Assembly (NCBI RefSeq): GCF_007625075.1
Contig: NZ_QMIE01000002.1
Location: 155,873-187,872, forward strand
DNA: 32,000 nt
Source of the DNA: Oceanidesulfovibrio indonesiensis
Lineage (GTDB): Bacteria > Desulfobacterota > Desulfovibrionia > Desulfovibrionales > Desulfovibrionaceae
Reading direction: 5' to 3'
The notes beneath the pieces were generated by a model. That model was not told the DNA's origin. It did no database searches and saw only the letters and a list, made by a program, of their open reading frames with translations. Shown piece after piece: positions 24,347 to 32,000 of the stretch (position 1 is the first letter of the stretch; the number at the start of each line of letters is the position of its first letter). Position numbers and translations under genes: made by a program.

Positions 24347-24482
24347 CCGCCGTCACATCGCAGTCATTGTCCTGCGGCGGCAGTTGCATGGCCGAGACTT
24401 CGCCATGCGGGGCCGGCGTTCCGAAGCGCGAGCTCACAGAGCCGGCGGTTTTGGGAAACGATAGGGATTCGGTGGTGTCGCC

Positions 24483-26666
24483 TCAGGCGGCTGTTGCGGC
24501 CAGACGCTCTGAAATGCGCTCCAACGCGGCTGCGAGCTCTTCCGCCTCCACGGGCTTGGCGAGGTAATCGTCCATGCCGGCTTGCTTGAACTCCTCCTCG
24601 TCGCCGGGCATGGCGTACGCCGTCATGGCGATGATGGGGATATCGGTGGGGAAGCCGCCTGTTGTATTCTCACGGATGGAACGAGTGGCTGACACGCCGT
24701 CGAGCTTGGGCATGTGGATGTCCATGAACACGGCGTCGAAGTGCTCAGTGGCGAGCAGCTGCAGGGCTTCTTCGCCGTCCATGGCTTCCCTGGCGTCGTG
24801 TCCGAGCTTTTGCAGCAGGCGGACGGCGTAGAAGCGGTTGACGGTTTCGTCCTCCACAACGAGGAGTTTGAGCGGCCGTTCCGACAGCTCCTGGGGTTGC
24901 GAGGGCTGATGTGCCGGGGCTGTTCGTTCGTCTTCAACCCGCTTCAGAAACACATTCACGTGGACGTCCGTGCCGCGTCCCGGCTCGCTGTCCATCACCA
25001 GCGAGCCGTCCATCATCTGCACAAGCCGTCTGACGATGGTCAGACCGAGCCCAACTCCGCCAAAACGCCGCGTGTAGGAACTGTCCGCCTGGGTGAAGGA
25101 GTCGAACACCTCGGCGAGCTTCTGGTCCGGAATGCCTATGCCCGTGTCGCTGATCATGAAATGGACAGGCACGCGCGCAGAGTCCGTGGCGAACGGCACG
25201 GAGATGTGCAGGACCACCTCGCCGGATTCGGTGTACTTCACTGCGTTGCCCACGAGATTGAAGAGCACCTGGCGCAGCCGGCCGGGATCGCCCTGGAGTA
25301 TTTTCGGTACATGCGTGTCAATCTCATACCGGAAATCCAGCCCCCTGATGGTTGCTTCCTTGCTGTAGGTGTCCACCACCGGCGCGACGACATCTGTCAG
25401 CTCGAACTCCTCGTCGGCCAACTCGAATTTGTTGGCCTCGATGCGAGAGATGTCGAGGATGTCGCTCAGGATGCGCAAGAGGTTCTGGCTGGAAATCATG
25501 GCCGTGGCGATGTACTGCCGCTGCTCTTCGTCCAGGGCCGTGGACTCCATGAGCTGGAGCATGCCCATGACGCCGTTGAGGGGGGTGCGCACTTCGTGGC
25601 TCATTGTGGCCAGGAATTCGTTTTTCACCTGATTGGCGATCTCGGCGGCGTCCTTGGCGGTGCGCAATGCCTCCTCTGCGCGTGAACGCTCGGTGAGGTC
25701 CACGCCCATGCAGGTGACCTCGACAATGCGGTCCTTGGAATCCCGGGAAAGCACATTGGACCACGCCACATTCAGTCTGGAGCCGGAGCGGGTGAGTATC
25801 TCGTTCTCGAAGGTTGATAGTTCGCCGAGCTCCTGGCGCGCCATGGTTGTTTCGAACACGTTGCGCACGGTGTCGCGGATGTCCTCGGGAATGAATGTTT
25901 CGATCCAGTCGCTTCCCAAAGCCTCTTTGCGGGTGTAGCCGGTGAGCTCAAGAAAGTAATCATTGGCGAAAGTAAGCTGGCATTTGGTGTCCAGCGAGAT
26001 GCCGATGAGCGGGATATTCTCCAGCACGTGGCGGAATTTGGATTCCGAGCGGGCCAGTGCCTCGGCCGAGCGCTTGCGTTCGGTAATGTCCCGGAAGCTG
26101 GCGAGAAGGTGGAGCTGGCCGTCGTGCCGCATGGGCGTGGCGCGATACTCGAAATGGATGGTGCGGCCGGAACCGACTCTGCCCGAGGTTTCGCCGAACA
26201 GTGCTTCCCCGTGTTGGGCCATGTCCCAGGCGTCCTGGTAGATCGAGTAGAAGGACGAACCGAAGATGTCTTTCGGCCTGGCCTGCAACACTTTTTCCAG
26301 AGGCAGTTGCAGCATCTCGCAGGCCATGGGGTTTGCGTACGCCACGGTGTCGCGGTCGGCGAATATGATCAGCGCGTCGGTGACGTTTTCCACGATGGTG
26401 CGATAGCGCTTTTCGGATTCTTCTTCGCGTTTGTGGGCTTCGACGATGTCGGACATCTGCCGGGCTGCCAGCATATAGATGAGCAGCGCCGAAAAGAGCA
26501 CGAAAAGGAGCCCCTTGAGCATCTGGTACCAGGCGATGGCCTGGGGGACGTCCGACAGCAGGTTGGCGAACAGGTCGGAGAAGATGATCCAGCAACTGCC
26601 CGCAACAGCGTAGAAGAGGGCGACCTTGAACGCGTTTCTGCGGTAAGTGTGGATCGTCATGGGCAA
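24483..26666 (-). CDS. Hybrid sensor histidine kinase/response regulator with two N-terminal TM segments and multiple PAS domains
   Basis: 727 aa. H-box FLATMSHEVRTPLNG. HATPase blocks (NLVGNAVKYT, DTGIGI, GGVGLGLTI). C-terminal receiver (LLVVEDETVN...DAVFMDIHMPKLDG). Repeated PAS-like segments lie between them. Confidence 0.9.
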   Translation of the reverse strand: MPMTIHTYRRNAFKVALFYAVAGSCWIIFSDLFANLLSDVPQAIAWYQMLKGLLFVLFSALLIYMLAARQMSDIVEAHKREEESEKRYRTIVENVTDALIIFADRDTVAYANPMACEMLQLPLEKVLQARPKDIFGSSFYSIYQDAWDMAQHGEALFGETSGRVGSGRTIHFEYRATPMRHDGQLHLLASFRDITERKRSAEALARSESKFRHVLENIPLIGISLDTKCQLTFANDYFLELTGYTRKEALGSDWIETFIPEDIRDTVRNVFETTMARQELGELSTFENEILTRSGSRLNVAWSNVLSRDSKDRIVEVTCMGVDLTERSRAEEALRTAKDAAEIANQVKNEFLATMSHEVRTPLNGVMGMLQLMESTALDEEQRQYIATAMISSQNLLRILSDILDISRIEANKFELADEEFELTDVVAPVVDTYSKEATIRGLDFRYEIDTHVPKILQGDPGRLRQVLFNLVGNAVKYTESGEVVLHISVPFATDSARVPVHFMISDTGIGIPDQKLAEVFDSFTQADSSYTRRFGGVGLGLTIVRRLVQMMDGSLVMDSEPGRGTDVHVNVFLKRVEDERTAPAHQPSQPQELSERPLKLLVVEDETVNRFYAVRLLQKLGHDAREAMDGEEALQLLATEHFDAVFMDIHMPKLDGVSATRSIRENTTGGFPTDIPIIAMTAYAMPGDEEEFKQAGMDDYLAKPVEAEELAAALERISERLAATAA

Positions 26667-26790
26667 TTTCGCCTGGAGTTAGGGCACTGTAAAGTACGCC
26701 ATACTCATGACTATACATGGAATAGGAGACGACGCAAAGCGAATTGGAATTTTCGTGTAGGCGAGGAGCGGATATTGTTCACAGGAATGG

Positions 26791-26817
26791 GAAAAAGCGG
26801 GGGTGGAGCCCCCCCGC
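26791..26817 (-). terminator. Rho-independent terminator of the pmp3/yqaE-like gene
   Basis: The minus strand reads GCGGGGG-gctcca-CCCCCGC followed by TTTTTCCCATT, 13 nt after the stop. Confidence 0.65.
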
Positions 26818-26829
26818 GAAATGCACTGA

Positions 26830-26991
26830 CTATTTCTTGGCAATGATCCAGATGGCGTGGACCAGCCCTGGAATGTAGCCGAGCAGGGTCAGCAGGATGT
26901 TGATCCAGAAGTGCTTGCCGATGCCCACCTGCAGGAAGACGCCAAGGGGCGGGATAATGACGGAAAGAACGATGCGGATGAAGTCAGCCAT
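26830..26991 (-). CDS. Pmp3/YqaE (UPF0057) family small membrane proteolipid, 53 aa (absent from the ORF track)
   Basis: My own translation of the minus strand gives MADFIRIVLSVIIPPLGVFLQVGIGKHFWINILLTLLGYIPGLVHAIWIIAKK*. AAGGAG lies upstream of the ATG (26991). The motif PPLGV...FWINILLTLLGYIPG..HA is characteristic of the family. Confidence 0.85.
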   Translation of the reverse strand: MADFIRIVLSVIIPPLGVFLQVGIGKHFWINILLTLLGYIPGLVHAIWIIAKK

Positions 26992-27201
26992 GGTCAGACT
27001 CCTTTGCTGGGATGATTATCGGGTGAACCCTGCAAGCATAGCACATCGGCGCGTAATGGAAAGGCGTTACGCCGTGCAGAACGGCGGGCAGCGCCATGCG
27101 CTGCGCCTGTCAGATCGCTCCTGCTCCCCATTGCCTGCTCCGAAGGGTTGACAAAGCATGGTGGATAAGCGCATGTGATACAAAACGTACGAGAAAGACG
27201 A

Positions 27202-27333
27202 ATGATGTTCCCGACCACGACCTGCCACCCGAACCGCCCCGCCGGCCTTCTGGCCGCGCTATCCGGCGTGCTCCTCGTAGTAGTAGTCGTAGTAGGCAAT
27301 GGTGCGTCGCGCCGTCGGGAAGCGTGTTCCTAG
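27202..27333 (+). CDS. Branched-chain amino-acid leader peptide (ilvB/ivbL-like)
   Basis: My own translation gives MMFPTTTCHPNRPAGLLAALSGVLLVVVVVVGNGASRRREACS*. There are six consecutive Val codons at 27277-27294, five of them GTA, which looks rare in this GC3-rich genome. The ..VVVVVVGN.. tail resembles the E. coli ilvB leader. Confidence 0.7.
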   Translation: MMFPTTTCHPNRPAGLLAALSGVLLVVVVVVGNGASRRREACS

Positions 27334-27357
27334 ATCGTTCTCACACACGGAATCAAC

Positions 27358-27397
27358 GAGCCCCCGTCGGTACGCGCCGGCGGGGGCTCTTTGTATT
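27358..27397 (+). terminator. Attenuator terminator downstream of the leader peptide
   Basis: GAGCCCCCG (27358-27366) pairs with CGGGGGCTC (27381-27389), extendable to about 13 bp via GUCGG/CCGGC. It is followed by TCTTTGTATT and lies 46 nt before the ALS ATG. Confidence 0.65.
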
Positions 27398-27442
27398 CCT
27401 CACCGGCGCATGCGGGAGCCAGACCAAGCCAGGAGGCGCCAC

Positions 27443-29206
27443 ATGCTGCACTCACCCAGTATCCGAGCGGAGGAATCGGCTGCCGCACACGCCGCCATCC
27501 ACAAACAAAGCGGAGCGGAATGCATCGTCCAAGCTCTTGAAGCGCACGGCGTGCGCACTGTTTTCGGCATTCCCGGAGGCTCCAACCTGCCTTTGTACGA
27601 AGCCCTGGGTAAGAGCGAGCGCGTACGCCACGTGCTGGTCCGGCACGAGCAGGCAGCCGGGTTCATGGCCCAGGGTGTGGCGCGGCTCACCGGCAGGCCC
27701 GGGGTGTGCATCGCCACGTCCGGCCCCGGCGCCACCAATCTGCTCACCGCCCTCGCGGACGCCGATGCCGACGGCGTTCCGGTGGTTGCCATCACAGGTC
27801 AGGTGCCGCGCGCGCTTCTCGGCACCAGGGCGTTTCAGGAGGCGGATATCACGGCCATGAGCCGGCCTGCGGTCAAAGCTTCGTGGACGGTCCGTTCCGC
27901 AGACGAACTCGTCGCATTGCTGGACAATGCTTTCGAGACGGCGGCATCGCCGCGGCCCGGTCCGGTCCTCATCGACGTGCCCAAGGACGTGCAGCTGGAA
28001 ATGACAACGAACACCCCACGCCGCGCGCACGAAAGCAGACTCGCAGACAATTGCGGACAGGCGCTGGATATGGACAGGGTCGCCCATGCAGCAGCGCAGT
28101 TGGCCGGGGCGTCCCGCCCCGTCATTCTTCTGGGGGCGGGGGCGGTGCGTTCCAACTCGGGAGACCTCGCCTGCCGACTGGCTGCGACTCTGGGAGCGCC
28201 CATGGCGGCCACGCTGCTGGGTCTGGGCGCCGTGTCGCGCGAGCATCCGGGCTTCCTGGGCATGTGCGGCATGCATGGCACGGCCGAGGCGAACAGGGCC
28301 GTTGCCGGATGCGATGTTCTGTTGAGCGTCGGCGCACGCCTGGGCGACAGGACCACCGGCCGACTCGAGGGCTTCTGCCCGCAAGCGCGCATCGTGCGCA
28401 TAGACGCCGACCCGCAGGCACGTCGATGCGACGAGGATATTTTCCTGGCCGGCGATGCCGGCGACGTGCTGGCCACGCTGTTGCCCATGCTGGAATCCAT
28501 CGGGCCACGCCGAAAACCTGGCTCGGCGTGCATCAACGGCGAGTCTGAGTTCGCGCGTAGCGGCAGCTGTCCCGATGCGGGCGACGGTCCGCGGAACGTC
28601 ATTCGCATGGCCGGCGAGATCATGGGACCGGACGCCATCGTCGTCACAGACGTGGGGCAGCACCAGATGTGGACGGCGCAGGCCTATCCGTTTGCCCGGA
28701 GCGGGCGTTGGCTCACGTCCGGCGGGTTGGGCACCATGGGGTTCGGTTTGCCGACGGCCATTGGCGCGGCCATGACCTGTCCGGGCGACAGGGTCCTGCT
28801 CGTGACGGGGGACGGCAGCCTGCTCATGAACCTGCAGGAACTGGCCACGCTGCGGGAGTCCGGGGCGGACATCGCCGTCCTGCTCATGGACAACGGCGGC
28901 CTTGGCCTTGTCCGGCAGCAACAGGACCTCTTCCACGGCGGGCGGGACGATTCTTCGGTCTTTCGCGCCGGCACGGACTTCGCAGCCGTGGCGCGGGGTT
29001 TCGGCATTCAGGCGTGGGATCTGGAAACCACATGCGACGGACCGGGAATGCTGGCTGAGGCGCTTTCGGCCCGTGGCCCCAGGCTCATTCGCGTGCCCGT
29101 GGACGAGCACGCCGCCGTCTGGCCCATGGTTCCTCCAGGAGAGGTGAACACCTGCATGCTCGATGCCGGCAAGGCAGAGGCGGCGCTCGGACAAAACCCT
29201 GCATAG
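27443..29206 (+). CDS. ilvB: Acetolactate synthase large subunit-type thiamine-diphosphate enzyme
   Basis: AGGAGG 6 nt upstream of the internal ATG 27443 (ORF 27299..29206). GIPGGSNLPLYEAL, HEQAAGFMAQG, SGPGATNL, AITGQV, FQEADI, and the ThDP motif GDGSLLMNLQELATL...DNGGLGLVRQQQ. Confidence 0.88.
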   Translation: MLHSPSIRAEESAAAHAAIHKQSGAECIVQALEAHGVRTVFGIPGGSNLPLYEALGKSERVRHVLVRHEQAAGFMAQGVARLTGRPGVCIATSGPGATNLLTALADADADGVPVVAITGQVPRALLGTRAFQEADITAMSRPAVKASWTVRSADELVALLDNAFETAASPRPGPVLIDVPKDVQLEMTTNTPRRAHESRLADNCGQALDMDRVAHAAAQLAGASRPVILLGAGAVRSNSGDLACRLAATLGAPMAATLLGLGAVSREHPGFLGMCGMHGTAEANRAVAGCDVLLSVGARLGDRTTGRLEGFCPQARIVRIDADPQARRCDEDIFLAGDAGDVLATLLPMLESIGPRRKPGSACINGESEFARSGSCPDAGDGPRNVIRMAGEIMGPDAIVVTDVGQHQMWTAQAYPFARSGRWLTSGGLGTMGFGLPTAIGAAMTCPGDRVLLVTGDGSLLMNLQELATLRESGADIAVLLMDNGGLGLVRQQQDLFHGGRDDSSVFRAGTDFAAVARGFGIQAWDLETTCDGPGMLAEALSARGPRLIRVPVDEHAAVWPMVPPGEVNTCMLDAGKAEAALGQNPA

Positions 29207-29262
29207 CGCGGCATGAAAGCGATTTCGCACGTTCATGAACGTGGACATTGGCGCCACAAGGA

Positions 29263-29293
29263 AAAGGCCGTGCCGACGTTCGGCACGGCCTTT
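29263..29293. terminator. Bidirectional rho-independent terminator between convergent ilvB-like and prx genes
   Basis: AAAGGCCGTGCCGA-cgt-TCGGCACGGCCTTT, a perfect 14-bp stem. T-runs follow on both strands (TTTCATTC on plus, TTTTCCTT on minus). Confidence 0.75.
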
Positions 29294-29321
29294 CATTCGC
29301 ATGGATCAGGCTGCCAGCCTC

Positions 29322-29972
29322 TTACTCTTCCAGTTTCTTGTGGCAGAACCACCAGTCGTAGCACTGGAACTGGCCTGGGCGCTCCTTGGCCGTCTTCACG
29401 TCCTGGGCTGGCGGCACGATGACGCCGTCCCCTATCAGCTCGTTGTTCGGCCAGTTGGCCGGCACGGCCACGCCGTAGCGGTCCGATACCTGGAGGGCGC
29501 GGAGCGCGCGCAGAATTTCGTCCATGCTCCGGCCGATCTCCTGCGGATAATAGATGGAGAGCCGCAGCACGCCTTCCGGGTCCACAATGAACACCGCGCG
29601 GACAGTGGAGCAGCCCTTGCCTGGGTGGAGCATGCCGAGTTCCATGCCGATGCGGCCCTGGTCGTCCGCGATGATGGGAAAGGTGATCTCTTTGCCGAGC
29701 TTTTCTTCGATCCATTCCACCCATTTGATGTGCGAGAAGACCTGGTCGATGGAAAGGCCGATGAGCTTGCAGTTGAGGGCTTCGAAATCCTTCACACGCT
29801 CCTGGAATGCGAAGAACTCCGTGGTGCACACCGGGGTGAAATCCGCCGGGTGGCTGAAAAGCACGAACCAACTGCCCTTGTAATCGCTCGGCAGCTTCAT
29901 CTTGCCAAAGGTGGTGTTGACTTTAAGTTTGGGGAACTTGTCGCCGAGCAACGGCATGCTGGGCTTGTCCAT
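29322..29972 (-). CDS. Peroxiredoxin, Prx6-like subfamily with an extra C-terminal Cys pair
   Basis: AAGGAGG upstream of the [17 protein letters not shown] peroxidatic motif. C-terminal ..QCYDWWFC.. 216 aa. Confidence 0.9.
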   Translation of the reverse strand: MDKPSMPLLGDKFPKLKVNTTFGKMKLPSDYKGSWFVLFSHPADFTPVCTTEFFAFQERVKDFEALNCKLIGLSIDQVFSHIKWVEWIEEKLGKEITFPIIADDQGRIGMELGMLHPGKGCSTVRAVFIVDPEGVLRLSIYYPQEIGRSMDEILRALRALQVSDRYGVAVPANWPNNELIGDGVIVPPAQDVKTAKERPGQFQCYDWWFCHKKLEE

Positions 29973-30009
29973 GGGATGCCTCCTTGCGCGCGAACGCGTG
30001 TGTTGTCAT

Positions 30010-30035
30010 GTTCGAAAAAAGTATGGTTCGAAAAA
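30010..30035. repeat. Tandem direct repeat GTTCGAAAAA x2 (16-nt period) in the prx-murJ divergent region
   Basis: GTTCGAAAAA occurs at 30010-30019 and 30026-30035. Each copy contains the self-complementary hexamer TTCGAA. They lie 38-63 nt upstream of the prx start codon. Confidence 0.4.
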
Positions 30036-30166
30036 CAGGGCCCGGAAGAGGTTTAGTCCGAGTATACGCGAGGAGTGCGAATAAGGGCAACGTCAATGCG
30101 GGAAATATGAGAAGTGGACCGAAAATCCGGCTTTACGCCGGGGGCCTCGCCGGTTAGGGAAAGCCC

Positions 30167-31759
30167 ATGATCGCCGGTCGTTCCTTTTCCCTGGGCCTGG
30201 CCTCCATGGTCATGGCCGGGTCCATCCTGCTCTCCCGCCTCATGGGTCTGGTGCGGGACAAGGTCATCGCCTACCATTTCGGCGCCACCCTGGAATCGGA
30301 CGTGTACTTCGCGGCCTTTGTGGTGCCGGATTTTATCAATTATCTGCTGGCCGGCGGCTACTTCGCCATCACGCTCATTCCGTTGCTCTCGGAACGGTTC
30401 ACGCTGGACGAGGAGGACGGGTGGCGATTCTTCTCGGCCGCGCTCACGTGGATAACCATCGCTATCGTGCTGCTTACGCTGATCGGCGAAATATTCGCGC
30501 CCCAGCTGGCCGAACTCGTCGCGCCGGGATTTTCGCCCGAAGCGCAGGACAAGCTCACGCTGTTTTTGCGCATCATCCTGCCCGCGCAGGTCTTTTTTCT
30601 CACGGGGTCATGCTTCACGGCGCTGCTGTATCTTCGAAAGCAGTTTCTGGTGCCGGCGCTCACGCCTCTTTTGTACAATGGCGGCATCATTCTCGGCGGG
30701 CTTGTCATGCTGGATCGCGGCATGGAGGGTTTCTGCTGGGGCGTGCTGGTCGGGTCGCTGGCAGGAAACCTGCTGCTGCCGCTGATCGCCGCAGCCGGAG
30801 GAAGCCGGCCCGAGCCGGGGGCGCCAGCAGGCATCCGCTTTGCGCCGCGACTGTCGCACCCTTCGCTTCGCACTTTCGTACTCCTGGCCCTGCCGCTCAT
30901 GATCGGCCAGTCCGTAGTAGTGCTCGACGAGCAGTTGCTGCGCATATTCGGTTCCCTGGCCGAGGAAGGCGCGGTGAGCTGGCTGAACTACGCACGCCGG
31001 ATAATGCTGGTTCCCGTGGGCGTGGTGGCCCAGGCCGCCGGCGTGGCGTCCTACCCGTTCCTTGCCGGTCTGGCTGCGCGGAAGGCGGATACGGAGTTCT
31101 CCCAGACGCTCGCCACGGCACTGCGCAACACGGCGGCGGTCATCGTGCCCGTCTCCCTGTGGATGCTCCTGGCGGCGCCGGAAACCGTTGGGCTCATCTT
31201 CATGCAGGGGCGGTTCGGCTCGGCCGATCTGTCCATCACCGCCTTCTGCCTGCGGGTGATGCTGCTGGGCGTGTTTCTCTGGGGCGTGCAGCAGGTGCTG
31301 GGTCGGGCGTTCTACGCGCGCAAGGACACCCTCACCCCATCGCTGGCAGGCACGGGTGCGACCCTGGCGGCGCTGCCTGTATACTGGCTGCTGGGGCGGT
31401 CATTCGGAGCGGCGGGCCTTGCCGCGGCCAGTCTGACTTCCGTCGGGTTGTATACGGCGGCAATGGCCGTGATCTGGCGCAGGCGGCACGGAGCCGCAGC
31501 GTTCTCCGGATTGCTCCGCACCCTGGGCGCTTCTGTGGCGGTAGCCCTGGCGAGTCTCGCGCCCGCGGCGTTCGCTCGCTGGGCAGTTGGACTGCTTGCA
31601 ATGCCGTATCATCTGGAGGCCTTCACGATGTTGTGCGCCAGCGGCGTGGTCTTCGTGGCTGTGTATATTCTTTTGGCGCGGAGGGTGGCTCCGCAGGCGG
31701 CCGCGCCGTTCGAAGCAGTGTTTCTCCGCATACGCTCCCGCGTAAGGCCGCGCGCGTAA
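30167..31759 (+). CDS. murJ: Lipid II flippase MurJ
   Basis: 530-aa polytopic protein. N-terminus SILLSRLMGLVRDKVIAYHFGA....DVYFAAF.VP.F is the MurJ/MviN signature. Confidence 0.9.
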   Translation: MIAGRSFSLGLASMVMAGSILLSRLMGLVRDKVIAYHFGATLESDVYFAAFVVPDFINYLLAGGYFAITLIPLLSERFTLDEEDGWRFFSAALTWITIAIVLLTLIGEIFAPQLAELVAPGFSPEAQDKLTLFLRIILPAQVFFLTGSCFTALLYLRKQFLVPALTPLLYNGGIILGGLVMLDRGMEGFCWGVLVGSLAGNLLLPLIAAAGGSRPEPGAPAGIRFAPRLSHPSLRTFVLLALPLMIGQSVVVLDEQLLRIFGSLAEEGAVSWLNYARRIMLVPVGVVAQAAGVASYPFLAGLAARKADTEFSQTLATALRNTAAVIVPVSLWMLLAAPETVGLIFMQGRFGSADLSITAFCLRVMLLGVFLWGVQQVLGRAFYARKDTLTPSLAGTGATLAALPVYWLLGRSFGAAGLAAASLTSVGLYTAAMAVIWRRRHGAAAFSGLLRTLGASVAVALASLAPAAFARWAVGLLAMPYHLEAFTMLCASGVVFVAVYILLARRVAPQAAAPFEAVFLRIRSRVRPRA

Positions 31760-31812
31760 CTCGCTTTCCGGGCGTCGGGCAGGGTTGACTTGAGGCGCCT
31801 GCCCAGTTCATG

Positions 31813-31834
31813 GCGCACGCATGGTGCGTTTTTT
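31813..31834 (+). terminator. Candidate rho-independent terminator after murJ
   Basis: (G)CGCAC-gcatg-GTGCG followed by TTTTTT (31829-31834). The stem is short at 5-6 bp. Confidence 0.5.
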
Positions 31835-32000
31835 CAGTCCCGCATATATTCCAGACAAATCATTGCGTGTAGCAACTGCAACAGGGGCTCCGCAAAGCGG
31901 ACCAAGGCGATAGGAAAACCGCATCCCTCAAAACAGGCAAGGCCCCAGGATGGGGCCGGTGCCTGCCGTCGTGTTCGGACGGCGGGGGAAGGGAGGGTTG

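Noticed and set aside
31777-32000. Several short GC-rich hairpins after murJ (GGGCAGG/CCTGCCC 31777-31804, GGCCCC/GGGGCC and GCCGTC/GACGGC near 31940-31990) as possible ncRNA
   Set aside because: They are more simply explained as terminators. The distal ones are followed by a T-rich tract on the minus strand, which suggests they terminate a gene beyond the window end. No conserved RNA family was recognised.

Overview
GC-rich bacterial chromosomal window. Gene content and codon bias suggest a Desulfovibrionales-type anaerobe, but that is a guess. I call about 31 protein genes and see no rRNA, tRNA, CRISPR array, transposase or integrase. Most long ORFs in the track are antisense or off-frame shadows typical of GC-rich DNA. 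Layout, left to right: (1) 247-5601, a tightly coupled operon: split UxaA/SuyAB-type dehydratase or sulfo-lyase, a tripartite tricarboxylate transporter in the unusual order tctC-tctA-tctB, and a degenerate class II aldolase-like gene. (2) 5602-6353, a long and partly AT-rich regulatory region with a sigma54-like -24/-12 element. It precedes a Tat-exported TRAP transporter (dctPQM-type) followed directly by ethanolamine ammonia-lyase eutBC, with no microcompartment or eut regulator genes in the window. (3) An HD-GYP protein diverging from a Cys-rich DUF2325 protein plus a tightly coupled 61-aa Cys-rich peptide, then a Dabb protein. (4) The mercury-methylation pair hgcA-hgcB, preceded by an unknown 215-aa protein. 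It converges on arsR-acr3-arsC, and a second arsR-tauE/safE unit follows. (5) An MscS-family channel, purU, a PAS-rich hybrid histidine kinase, and an untracked Pmp3/YqaE proteolipid. (6) An ilvB-like acetolactate synthase behind a Val-run leader peptide and attenuator, then a peroxiredoxin and murJ. The most interesting signal is an in-frame TGA just upstream of the hgcA core. It is preceded by a Cys codon and followed within 1-2 nt by a SECIS-like hairpin, and an ATG lies 99 nt further upstream in the same frame. This could be a selenocysteine-containing (P-C-U-G) N-terminal extension of HgcA. It is a hypothesis with real counter-arguments and needs homologue alignment and a sel-gene check.
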